This document shows positions 1 through 8,598 of a stretch of 64,000 nt of DNA, piece after piece. The notes under the pieces are model-generated. The model worked only from the letters and a program-made list of their open reading frames with translations. It was not told the DNA's origin and ran no database searches. A program made the translations under genes and the position numbers. The stretch lies in contig OZ241924.1 of the NCBI GenBank assembly GCA_965203925.1, positions 1,152,629 through 1,216,628 on the forward strand. The letters run 5' to 3'. The number at the start of each line of letters is the position of its first letter. The first letter of the stretch is position 1. Origin of the DNA: Bryobacterales bacterium. GTDB lineage: Bacteria > Acidobacteriota > Terriglobia > Bryobacterales > UBA6623.

Positions 1-674
1 ACTTCGGAGCGATGGGCGAACGCCCCACGCACCCGCAACTGCTGGACTATCTGGCCGGTAGGCTGATCGAGAGCGGGTGGTCCCTGAAGGCCCTGCAGCG
101 TGAAATCCTTCTCAGCCGCGCCTACAGGCGGGCGGTCGCCGACATTCCCGCCAGCGAGGAAACCGACCCGGAGAACCGGCTCCTCTGGCGGGCAAACCGG
201 CAACGCCTGGACGCGGAGAGCTTGGTGGACTCCATCCTGGTGGTTGCGGGAAGCCTAGAGAACTCCGCCGGGGGCCCTCCGCTGGCTTGGGACGAGGTCG
301 GGATCCGGACGCGTACGGTGTACGGGTTCGTGAGCCGACGCCGCCTGGACGTCCGGCTGGGGCTGTTCGATTTTCCGAATCCCAATCGCACCAGTCCGCA
401 GCGCTTCGGGACGAACACGCCATTGCAGGGGCTGTTCTTCCTGAACAGCGAACTGCTGGCGAGTCAGGCGGAGGCGCTCGCGGGGCGCATTCTGCGGGAA
501 GCCGGGGTGGGTACGGACGAACGCATTCGCTTCGGCTACCGACTCCTTTTCGCGAGGGCGCCAACCGAGCAGGAGGCGGCGCTCACCAAGAGCTTTCTGA
601 AGAGTGCGGACGATCCGTGGCCGCGCTTGGCGCAGGTCTGGTTGAGTACCAATGAGTTTCGCTATGTCAACTAG
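1..674 (+). CDS. DUF1553 domain protein, C-terminal part (5' end outside window)
   Basis: The frame is open from the window edge. The translation (HPQLLDYLAGRLIESGWSLKALQREILLSRAYRR ... STNEFRYVN) looks like the conserved DUF1553 C-terminal module. It is followed by a DUF1501 gene, the canonical pairing, which overlaps it by 23 nt. Confidence 0.8.
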   Translation, partial: FGAMGERPTHPQLLDYLAGRLIESGWSLKALQREILLSRAYRRAVADIPASEETDPENRLLWRANRQRLDAESLVDSILVVAGSLENSAGGPPLAWDEVGIRTRTVYGFVSRRRLDVRLGLFDFPNPNRTSPQRFGTNTPLQGLFFLNSELLASQAEALAGRILREAGVGTDERIRFGYRLLFARAPTEQEAALTKSFLKSADDPWPRLAQVWLSTNEFRYVN

Positions 675-2049
675 GATCACGCGGCGGCAACTGCTGCGAT
701 CAACCGGCGCAGGGCTGGGGATGGTCGGGCTCTCGACCACGCTCGCGGGAGCGTCTGACCCGTCACCGCTGGCTCCGAAGGCCCCGCATTTCGAGCCGAA
801 GGCGAAGCACGTCATCCACCTGTTCCTCAACGGCGCGCCATCGCACGTCGACAGCTTCGATCACAAGCCGGAGCTGGCCAAGTTCGACGGCCAGCCCTAC
901 CCGGGGGGCAACTTGCGCACAGAGCGCAAGACGGGCGCGCTGATGAAGTCGCCCTTCGAGTTTGCGCCGCAGGGCCAGAGCGGGATCCCCATCAGCGAGA
1001 TCTTTCCCCGCCTCGGATCAGTAATCGACAAGTGCCTCGTGATCAACTCGATGCACACCGACGTTCCCTTCCACGAGCCCTCGCTGTTCATGTTCAACTG
1101 CGGGCAGAGGATCGCGGGCCACCCTTCGTACGGCTCTTGGCTAACGTACGGGTTGGGCACGGAGAACCAGAACCTTCCGGGGTTCGTGGTGCTTTGCCCC
1201 GGCTATCCGGTCGTGGGGCCCCAGCTGTGGACGTCGGCGTACTTGCCCGGCGCGTACCAGGGAGCGTACGTCCGCAACGCAGACATCGACCCGGCCAAGC
1301 TCGTCCCCTTCCTGCGCAATTCCCACCAATCAGTGCATGCCCAGCGGGAGCAGCTCGACCTGCTGGGCGAGATCAACGCCCTCCATCTGGAGCGGGAGGG
1401 TTCGGCACCCCAGCTTGAGGCGGCGATCCATGCGATGGAGGTGGCGTTCCGCATGCAGACCGAAGGGAGCGAAGCGTTCGACGTGCGGCTGGAGCCCGAG
1501 AAGACGCGCGCCCGCTACGGGGAGGGCGACTTTGCCCAGGGGTGCCTGATTGCCCGCCGTCTTGTCGAGCGTGGCGTGCGCGTCGTGCAGGTCTATTACG
1601 GGAACATGCAGCCGTGGGACACGCACGACGACATCCAGCGCATGCGGAAGCTGGCGGCGAGTTCGGACGGGGCGATGGCGGCGTTGATCGAGGATCTGGA
1701 CGCCAGCGGGCTGTTAGACGAGACCATCGTGCTGATCGGCGGCGAGTTCGGCAGGACGCCCACGGTAGAGATCGCGGGGGTCACGAAGCTCCACGCGGGC
1801 CGCGACCACAACAACCATGGATTCAGCATGATCGTGACGGGCGGTGGGTTTCGCCAAGGCGTGCGATTCGGGTCGACGGACGAATTCGGCTTCAGGGCGG
1901 TCGAGGACAGGGTTCATGTCCGGGACCTTCACGCAACGATGCTGCACCAGCTGGGCCTAGACCACGAGCGGCTCACCTACCGCCACAGCGGGCGCGATTT
2001 CCGGCTTACAGACGTGGAGGGAGAAGTCAAGACCGGCCTAATTGGGTAA
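652..2049 (+). CDS. DUF1501 domain protein (sulfatase-like, Tat-exported)
   Basis: 465 aa. Twin-arginine signal (TRRQLLRSTGAGLGMVGL). Sulfatase-fold motifs NGAPSHVDSFDHKPE, GGEFGRTP and GRDHN. Overlaps the upstream DUF1553 stop. Confidence 0.9.
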   Translation: MSFAMSTRITRRQLLRSTGAGLGMVGLSTTLAGASDPSPLAPKAPHFEPKAKHVIHLFLNGAPSHVDSFDHKPELAKFDGQPYPGGNLRTERKTGALMKSPFEFAPQGQSGIPISEIFPRLGSVIDKCLVINSMHTDVPFHEPSLFMFNCGQRIAGHPSYGSWLTYGLGTENQNLPGFVVLCPGYPVVGPQLWTSAYLPGAYQGAYVRNADIDPAKLVPFLRNSHQSVHAQREQLDLLGEINALHLEREGSAPQLEAAIHAMEVAFRMQTEGSEAFDVRLEPEKTRARYGEGDFAQGCLIARRLVERGVRVVQVYYGNMQPWDTHDDIQRMRKLAASSDGAMAALIEDLDASGLLDETIVLIGGEFGRTPTVEIAGVTKLHAGRDHNNHGFSMIVTGGGFRQGVRFGSTDEFGFRAVEDRVHVRDLHATMLHQLGLDHERLTYRHSGRDFRLTDVEGEVKTGLIG

Positions 2050-2115
2050 GGCGCCGCGCGGTGGCAACCGGGCGGGATCGGCCGCGATAGATTAAGAGCC
2101 CGGTAGGTGCAGAGG

Positions 2116-3675
2116 ATGCTCGGGGACCAAGCCAAGCGCCGCCTGCCGATCGGCGTCCAATCGTTCCGGAAACTCCGGGAGGACAATTGCCACTACGTGG
2201 ACAAGACCGGTTTCGTCCTGCAGCTCGTCAGAGAGGGGACGCACTATTTCCTGTCTCGGCCGCGCCGCTTCGGCAAGAGCCTGCTGGTCAACACGCTGAA
2301 GGAACTGTTCGAAGGGAGCCGGGAGCTATTCGAGGGGCTGGAGGCGGAGCGTGGCTGGGACTGGTCCGTACGCCATCCGGTTGTGCGGCTCTCCTTTGGC
2401 GGGGTTCAGGCGAAGCTGGCCGGGGACTTGGAGGCCGACCTCGGCGAGCAGCTTCGGGTTGTCGAGGGCAAGCAAGGGTTGACGCAGGCCGACGGCACCG
2501 TTCGCGGACGGTTTCGGAACCTGATCCGAAGCCTGCATTCTCGGAGCGGCCAGCGCGTCGTAGTGCTGGTGGACGAATACGACAAGCCCATCCTGGACGC
2601 GATGGACGAACCGACAATCGCGCGAGCCAACCGGGACTATCTGCGCGGTTTTTACGCCGTGATCAAGGATTGCGACGATCACGTGCGCTTCTGCTTGCTG
2701 ACCGGCGTGAGCAAGTTCTCGAAAGTGAGCCTCTTCTCAGGACTGAACAATCTCCGGGACATTACCCTCAGCCCGAGGTACTCGTCGATCTGTGGCTACG
2801 CGGAGAGCGATCTGGACGCTGTCTTTGCCCAAGAACTCGAAGGCCTCGACAGAGACCAGATCCGAGACTGGTACAACGGCTACAGTTGGGGCGGCGCGGA
2901 GAAAGTCTACAACCCCTTCGATGTGCTGTTGCTACTCGCGGATCGCGAGTTCAAGCCTTGGTGGTACGAGACCGGCACGCCGACGTTCCTGATCGACCGT
3001 CTCGCTGAGGAGGCTGTGCCATGGCAAATGCTGGATGGGCTGAGCGCCTCAGAACAGCTACTTTCGACCTTCGACGTGGGCAGGGTCGCACCGGAAGCGC
3101 TGCTCTTTCAGACGGGATACCTCACCGTCTTGGAGAGGGAGGACTTAGAAGACGGCGCGGGCTACCGCTTGGGGTATCCGAACCGTGAGGTGCGCCAGAG
3201 CCTGAATCGATCGCTTCTGGATGACCTGCTGGGTGCCGGGTGGAATAGGGATAGGGACAGGAAGCGTCTGATCCGAGCGATGAAGGCTGGCGACCTTGCG
3301 GGCATAAAGGAACTGCTGGGGGCACTGCTGGCAGGCATTCCGCACCAGTGGCACGGGCGCAACCCGATGGCAGAGCACGAGGGCTTCTACGCAAGCGTGA
3401 TGTACGCTCACTTCTCGGCCACGGGCGCAGAGGTGCGGGCCGAGGAGAGCGGCAGCGCAGGCCGCGCTGACCTGTGCGTCCGGGCGTTCGGCCGGGTGTA
3501 CGTGTTCGAGTTCAAGATGCGTGGGCGGGGCGGAGCTGCGGCCGCCATGGCACAACTGAAGGCCCGGGGCTACGCGGATCGCTACCGCGGACGAGGAGAG
3601 CCGATCCATCTGGTGGGGATGGAGTTCAGCGCCGAGGCCCGCAATGTGACGGGTTTCGAGACGGAGACAATCTGA
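2116..3675 (+). CDS. AAA-ATPase-like protein with C-terminal PD-(D/E)XK nuclease domain (PF09820/PDDEXK_9-type), paralog 1
   Basis: N-terminus LPIGVQSFRKLREDNCHYVDKTGF plus SRPRRFGKSL. DEYDKP Walker-B-like motif. C-terminal GRADLCVRAFGRVYVFEFK nuclease core. ATG at 2116 follows GCAGAGG. The GTG at 2107 in the ORF track is an alternative start. Confidence 0.8.
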   Translation: MLGDQAKRRLPIGVQSFRKLREDNCHYVDKTGFVLQLVREGTHYFLSRPRRFGKSLLVNTLKELFEGSRELFEGLEAERGWDWSVRHPVVRLSFGGVQAKLAGDLEADLGEQLRVVEGKQGLTQADGTVRGRFRNLIRSLHSRSGQRVVVLVDEYDKPILDAMDEPTIARANRDYLRGFYAVIKDCDDHVRFCLLTGVSKFSKVSLFSGLNNLRDITLSPRYSSICGYAESDLDAVFAQELEGLDRDQIRDWYNGYSWGGAEKVYNPFDVLLLLADREFKPWWYETGTPTFLIDRLAEEAVPWQMLDGLSASEQLLSTFDVGRVAPEALLFQTGYLTVLEREDLEDGAGYRLGYPNREVRQSLNRSLLDDLLGAGWNRDRDRKRLIRAMKAGDLAGIKELLGALLAGIPHQWHGRNPMAEHEGFYASVMYAHFSATGAEVRAEESGSAGRADLCVRAFGRVYVFEFKMRGRGGAAAAMAQLKARGYADRYRGRGEPIHLVGMEFSAEARNVTGFETETI

Positions 3676-3817
3676 TCCGCCCAAAGCGGTCTAGTCTCAA
3701 GGAAGGCGTGGGCTGGCCACTGTGTTCGCGCGGTCGGCTGGACACGGGTGACGACCTCGACGATCAACCGGGAATAGGTCCGTTCCCGCGGGGCTTGGAG
3801 CCGCAAACGGTCGTAGC

Positions 3818-4754
3818 TCACATCACATAGGCAGTCAACGCTGCTAGCAAGGGCGCAACGGCCGAAACTGCGACTTCCGTCTTTTGCACCAAGCTCTTTA
3901 CGGACGAACCGCTCTCGAGCCCCTTGCTCAGGATCTGGCCGAGCGACACTCCGGACAGCGACCGCAGCGCCAGTGCGTGCGGAGCATACACCGCAACCAG
4001 CGTCAATGTGAAGACGACACCCCAGAAAACGCTGAGCACGTTGGCGAAACCCAAGTACTCGGCGATCCTCGCGTCCGCCGCCTCTCCGGTGCCGTAGAGC
4101 GACGCTCGCAGGCGGAAGGACAGCATCAGCAGGAGAATGCTCGCTACGAGCAGGCCGCTCATCGCCATGAAGGCATGGAGCAGACGATTCACTGCCTCCT
4201 CCGCCTTGTTCTCATCGGCCCTCGCATCATGGACAATCGCCGTGGCATGGCGGGATCCGGCGCACACCGCGGCAACGCCGGCGGTAGCCGCAAGCAAGAT
4301 CGAAACAAGGTGTCGCGAGATTCCTGGCGCAAGCCAATCCCCGGTCATCGGCGTGGCCACCGGATCGCCCGCCCGCCACTAGATCTGAACGAGCGAGTCG
4401 TAGGCGATCGAGAAGAGCCGCGGATCAAGTGATCTGAGTCCCGCCAGTACAGCGTGGAAGGCAACCCAGCACGCGATTGCTGACCACGCCAGTGCGCGCT
4501 CTCCCTGTGCCGGCAATGCACTGCGCTCAAACCCGGCCAAGAAGTATCCCGGCAGGGCCAAGCACAGGGCGACGTGGCAAGTCACGACGGCGGACATCAT
4601 GATCAGGCTCCGCACGAAAGGGGCCGCCGCCCCCAGCCCGCTCGCGAGGTCGTCGATCGGGATCGATTAGGAGTTCGAATACGGCGATTCCGAGCAGGAC
4701 CGGCAGGAAGCCGACCATGTTTGCCCACTCAGAGTGCCTGCCGATCCGTCCCAT
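3818..4754 (-). pseudogene. Multi-pass membrane protein, disrupted (in-frame TAG at 4379-4381, probable frameshift near 4615)
   Basis: The 78-aa ORF (4379-4615) and the 180-aa ORF (3818-4360) are in the same frame and separated only by TAG plus 6 codons. Both are hydrophobic. A third ORF (4527-4754), with a TM-like MVGFLPVLLGIAVFELLI, overlaps in another frame. Confidence 0.35.
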
Positions 4755-5503
4755 ACCAGAGCATTCGCGGAACTGACCTCAGCCCCTGGGGCGCGAATCG
4801 AGTCCCTACGAGAGAAGCGAGAGCATGTCACGGCCAAGTCTTCCCATCGTTTTGCATGCGACGGGCTCTGGAGTCTCCGAACAGGATCCGGAGTTTCGAG
4901 GCCCGCACCGGTCTTTGTGGTCCCGTCCTGCTTGTCCGCGTCCTTCTCGTCCAGAGGCCCCTTCGATCCATCGGCTTGCGGCTGGAGCGACAGCCAGGCG
5001 GGCTCCCCGGCGGCTCCGCCGCCACCCACGTCGCACACCACCTGCCAGCCCTCCCAGTTCCTTGGGCTGACAAAGCAGGTCGGCCAGCGCGCCCCGTAGG
5101 TGGCATGCCGTGCAGTGCGGTGAGCCAGCAGGCGCAGCAACAAGTGCGCCCGCGTCCCCTGCCCCATCCGGTGGTGGCGGGAAGGCTCCGACACACGCGA
5201 CCCTCACCGAGGCGACCCTGGGGCACGGCGCGCGCATGGAGCTCGCTACCCGACATGAGCTCGCGAGCTCCCCAACGAGTCATTCTTGCCGAGAAGGATC
5301 GTGGCTACTCTGGAGGGCTTGCCTGTAGATCATCGCCTGTGGCGGCCGCGGCAAGACAGTGCGCACATCTGCTACTCCCCACGAGATCGCCCGAAAAGGA
5401 TCCCGCGGAACGGACGCAGCCGGACTCCACCGCCCCCTCCGGGCCGGCGGGGAATCGAGGTGCAGCCCCGAGATCCCGCCCGCAGCGGGCCAGCAAGACT
5501 CGG

Positions 5504-6814
5504 TCAGAGCTCTCGAAGGAACTGAGCATCGTACAGTGGCCAAGTCTCGATGACTCCGCCGTCCTTGCCGCCTCGGCTGCCCACGAGCTTGACGGCTCGG
5601 TGGGGGCTGTATCTATGGACGAACGACCGCAAGCTGCGGGCTCTAGTGCGAGCGCCGCTCTTGACCTCAACTGGAATGATCTCACCGTCTTGGCAGCGAT
5701 GGAGGAACTCGATCTCCGCTTGTGCCTGCTGCCACCCGAATGTGGGATAAGCTACCCGGACGCCGAGTTCGTTCTGAACGAAGTTCTCGGCAATGAACCC
5801 CTTGTAGGAGACGCCCTGTGACCGCTGGTGCTCGTAGGTCAGGCCTGCTGCGTGTCCGAGCAGCCCTGTGTCAAAGAAATATAGCCTGAACATGTTGTGC
5901 CGCACGTGGGCCATCAGAGGCGCACGCGGACGCCCCCTGACGGGATAGCACTTCCTAACCAGCTTGGCGGAGTGAAGCCACCCAATCGGTCCCGCAAGGT
6001 CTCGGTAGCCCCTCTTGCGCGGAATTACGCCCTTGAACCGGAATCTGCGGACCGAGCCATCCTGATCTCGGGCGAGTTGCCTCGGGACGTTTCGCCAAAC
6101 GGCGTCGATGTGCTGGGCGTGCAGCTTGCCGGCGTGTCTTACGAAGTCCCGTGCGAATCCCCTCAGAAGGTCCCGATGGATCGTAGTGATGGCCTGCACC
6201 CGCTCGCGGAGTCCGGAGCTCCGGTCCATCCACCCCTGCACAGCGGCTGGCATGCCCCCCACGAAACAGTGGTCCAGCAGGGCAGACCACAAGAGGCCGT
6301 GCTCAATGTGTCCTCGGGACCGCCCACGGTACGCTTGCAACAGCCGTGGATTCTCGTGCCCCATCAGGAACTCCTCGAAACCAAGCGGGAACAGTTCCAG
6401 GGAGTGGACACTTCCGACCGGGAAGGACTGCAGCAGGCCGATGTTCGAGCCAGAGGCACAGACGTAGGCTCCAGACAGGTCCTGGTCGAAGTACTTGAGA
6501 GAATCGAGCGCCCGCTGGCAATCACCCACCTCGTCGAAGAAGATCAGGTCGCGCTCGAGGTCGACTGAGGAATTTACCGCTAGCTCGATCTTCTCGACGA
6601 TTTGCCGCGGATCAAGGCTGTCCGCGAAGAGCGCGCACAGGCCGGGCTCGCGACGGAAGTCCAAGGTGTGCACCTTCCGAAAGCTGGCGGGCCCGAAGAG
6701 TCGCTCAATTAGGAACGTCTTGCCTACCTGCCGGGCTCCGTCAATCAGCACGGGCTTCCGGTAAGTCTGCTGCTTCCATCGGAGCAGGTCGTCTAGAAGT
6801 AGTCGGTTGAGCAT
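5504..6814 (-). CDS. AAA+ ATPase with DUF4143 C-terminal domain (AAA_14/DUF4143 family)
   Basis: 436 aa. Walker A (DGARQVGKTFL), Walker B (LIFFDEV) and a C-terminal EIEFL...GEIIPVEVKSG nuclease-like DUF4143 signature. Confidence 0.85.
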   Translation of the reverse strand: MLNRLLLDDLLRWKQQTYRKPVLIDGARQVGKTFLIERLFGPASFRKVHTLDFRREPGLCALFADSLDPRQIVEKIELAVNSSVDLERDLIFFDEVGDCQRALDSLKYFDQDLSGAYVCASGSNIGLLQSFPVGSVHSLELFPLGFEEFLMGHENPRLLQAYRGRSRGHIEHGLLWSALLDHCFVGGMPAAVQGWMDRSSGLRERVQAITTIHRDLLRGFARDFVRHAGKLHAQHIDAVWRNVPRQLARDQDGSVRRFRFKGVIPRKRGYRDLAGPIGWLHSAKLVRKCYPVRGRPRAPLMAHVRHNMFRLYFFDTGLLGHAAGLTYEHQRSQGVSYKGFIAENFVQNELGVRVAYPTFGWQQAQAEIEFLHRCQDGEIIPVEVKSGARTRARSLRSFVHRYSPHRAVKLVGSRGGKDGGVIETWPLYDAQFLREL

Positions 6815-6912
6815 GGGACGCGGCGCGTGTGCCCATTGGCAATGTTGACTGCTGAAACGATCATATTCGCCATTCCTGAGGTTTTACTAAGATAAAAATA
6901 CCAAATAAGCGA

Positions 6913-6940
6913 ATTATACAAAGATAATGATCGGGGTCAG
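6913..6940 (-). promoter_or_regulatory. Candidate sigma70-type promoter for the DUF4143 ATPase gene
   Basis: On the minus strand: CTGACC (6935-6940), a 16-nt spacer, then a perfect TATAAT (6913-6918). It sits inside a roughly 100-bp AT-rich patch (6835-6930) about 100 nt upstream of the ATG at 6814. Confidence 0.3.
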
Positions 6941-7297
6941 GCGAGTTCTGGCCTGTCTCACAACGAACTCGAACTGGCCTGATCGAGATGGTTCCGGATA
7001 CTTGCGGACCGCTCAATGCCGGCGGCACGACTCATCTGGCCAGCCAGCGAGCTCTCAGCTTGATCTCGGCGGCACCCCGTGGCGACCCGCCTGGCCGGGC
7101 TCGGAAGGGATCTGTTTCGCTCGGCGTGCACCGATCAATGAACGGACACACGACAGCTGCTAGGCCTCGCGCCAAAAGAGTCGGCTCCAACGCAGCCAAG
7201 CCATACAACGCCGTGCATGCCAGCTTGGCCTGGCCGCATCGCGAAGAGTCGGCATCGGGGAAAACAGAAGGGCAGCGATCCGTCAAGCGCCCGTCAG

Positions 7298-8092
7298 TCA
7301 AATCCCGTTGTTCAAGGCCACCCGAGGATGGAGGTGGCCGAGCCAACGATCCAGACTGGCGTCGCTCAGCACGTCGGCACCGTGGCGACGCAGGTCCTTG
7401 GCCCACCGTATGCCGATCCTGTCAAACGACTCAAGCAATGAGAGCTTGCGACCGAGGCGGATGGCCTCCCACCCCAAGTGCCGCGTGCCGCTCCTGCTGC
7501 CAGCGTGGACAATGACAGCCGCATCGGAGATCAGGGCGATGGTCCGGTTGCGCATCGGGAAGTTCCAGCGACGGACGGGAGTGCCCGTCCGAAACTGGGA
7601 CACCAAGGCGTCTTTCTCGCCGATCTTGCGCTGAAGAACCCGGTTCTGTGACGGATATGCGACGTCTATAGGTGTCCCGAGGACAGCAATCGTCCGCCCG
7701 CCTTCTTCTATCGCCGTCCGGTGCGCAATCGTGTCGACTCCGGCTGCGAGGCCACTTACGACCGTCACCCTCTCCTTCACGAGAGCACGGACAAGCTTGC
7801 GGGTCCGCCGGAGAAAATCGATGGGTGCTTTCCGCGAGCCGACGACCGCGACCCGTCTCCCCGACCTGAGCAGGCCAGCTTCCCCGACTACGTAGAGCGC
7901 GTCTGGAGCAAACTTCCGCTCAATCGCGGTAAGTGGGCCTAACAGATCGTCAACAGCCCAGGCTCGGGGTCCGCTGCGATCGCAAGCCCGTTCAAGGGAC
8001 GAGTCGAGTGCCACTTGTGGGACGAGTGTAGCGACAACAGCACCAGCTTGATCGCAGTTCGCCGCCCACCTCTCCGGGGAGAACGGCCCCAT
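7298..8092 (-). CDS. DprA/Smf-family (SLOG-fold) protein, short form
   Basis: 264 aa. Rossmann-like DprA core: VAVVGSRKAP, VVSGLAAGVDTIAHRTAIEEGGRTIAVLGTPIDVAYPSQN, FPMRNRTIALISDAAVIVHAGSRSGT. No obvious N-terminal SAM or C-terminal winged-helix extension. Confidence 0.75.
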   Translation of the reverse strand: MGPFSPERWAANCDQAGAVVATLVPQVALDSSLERACDRSGPRAWAVDDLLGPLTAIERKFAPDALYVVGEAGLLRSGRRVAVVGSRKAPIDFLRRTRKLVRALVKERVTVVSGLAAGVDTIAHRTAIEEGGRTIAVLGTPIDVAYPSQNRVLQRKIGEKDALVSQFRTGTPVRRWNFPMRNRTIALISDAAVIVHAGSRSGTRHLGWEAIRLGRKLSLLESFDRIGIRWAKDLRRHGADVLSDASLDRWLGHLHPRVALNNGI

Positions 8093-8598
8093 GGCTAAGT
8101 TTCCTCAGGTCTGCGTGCGCTGGATGGTGCTGCTCCATACGGGACTTGCGAACAAGCCGCCGCAAGCAGGCCCTGCAGCGGTAAGCCAACGAGGGCGTGA
8201 TTGAGGCATGTGGAAAGAGCGCCGTCGATTCCAGCCCGAGGCGAGGGTGCTAGACGTGGTCCAACTGAAGTACCATCCCCGAATCCGCCCCCACGCTACC
8301 GTCACTGGGCCTTCAGCGCTCCGGAATGTGTCCTGTCTCGGAGCGTGCCCCGGTCTTGTGTGCAGGAAGTCTTGCAGCGAACCGAGGGGAGGGAGGCTGG
8401 TCAGCGAACGACCAGCGATGGCAGGAGTGTTCTGGTGAGCCAGCGGACGATGGCAGAATGTCGCCATTTCGGCCGCGACCTAGCTGGCCCTGCCCCATGA
8501 GGGCACGTCAGCAGGCTTCGCCGAGTGCAAGGCCATGAACCACTGCCGGAACATGCGGTCCGTGCAATAGAATCAGGGGCGCCGGGAAACGAAGTGGA

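Noticed and set aside
672-674. Hypothesis that TAG is a sense codon genome-wide
   Set aside because: Well-supported genes terminate at TAG at exactly the expected position. Examples are DUF1553 (672-674, with the DUF1501 start overlapping), cas3 (26150-26152), the FGE-like gene (17759-17761) and the metalloprotease (19734-19736). General reassignment is therefore excluded; only local or partial suppression remains as a question.
4574-5821. 415-aa plus-strand ORF
   Set aside because: Its 3' third is antisense to the DUF4143 ATPase gene. The remainder is Arg/Pro/Ala-rich with no protein-like pattern, which is a typical high-GC shadow ORF.
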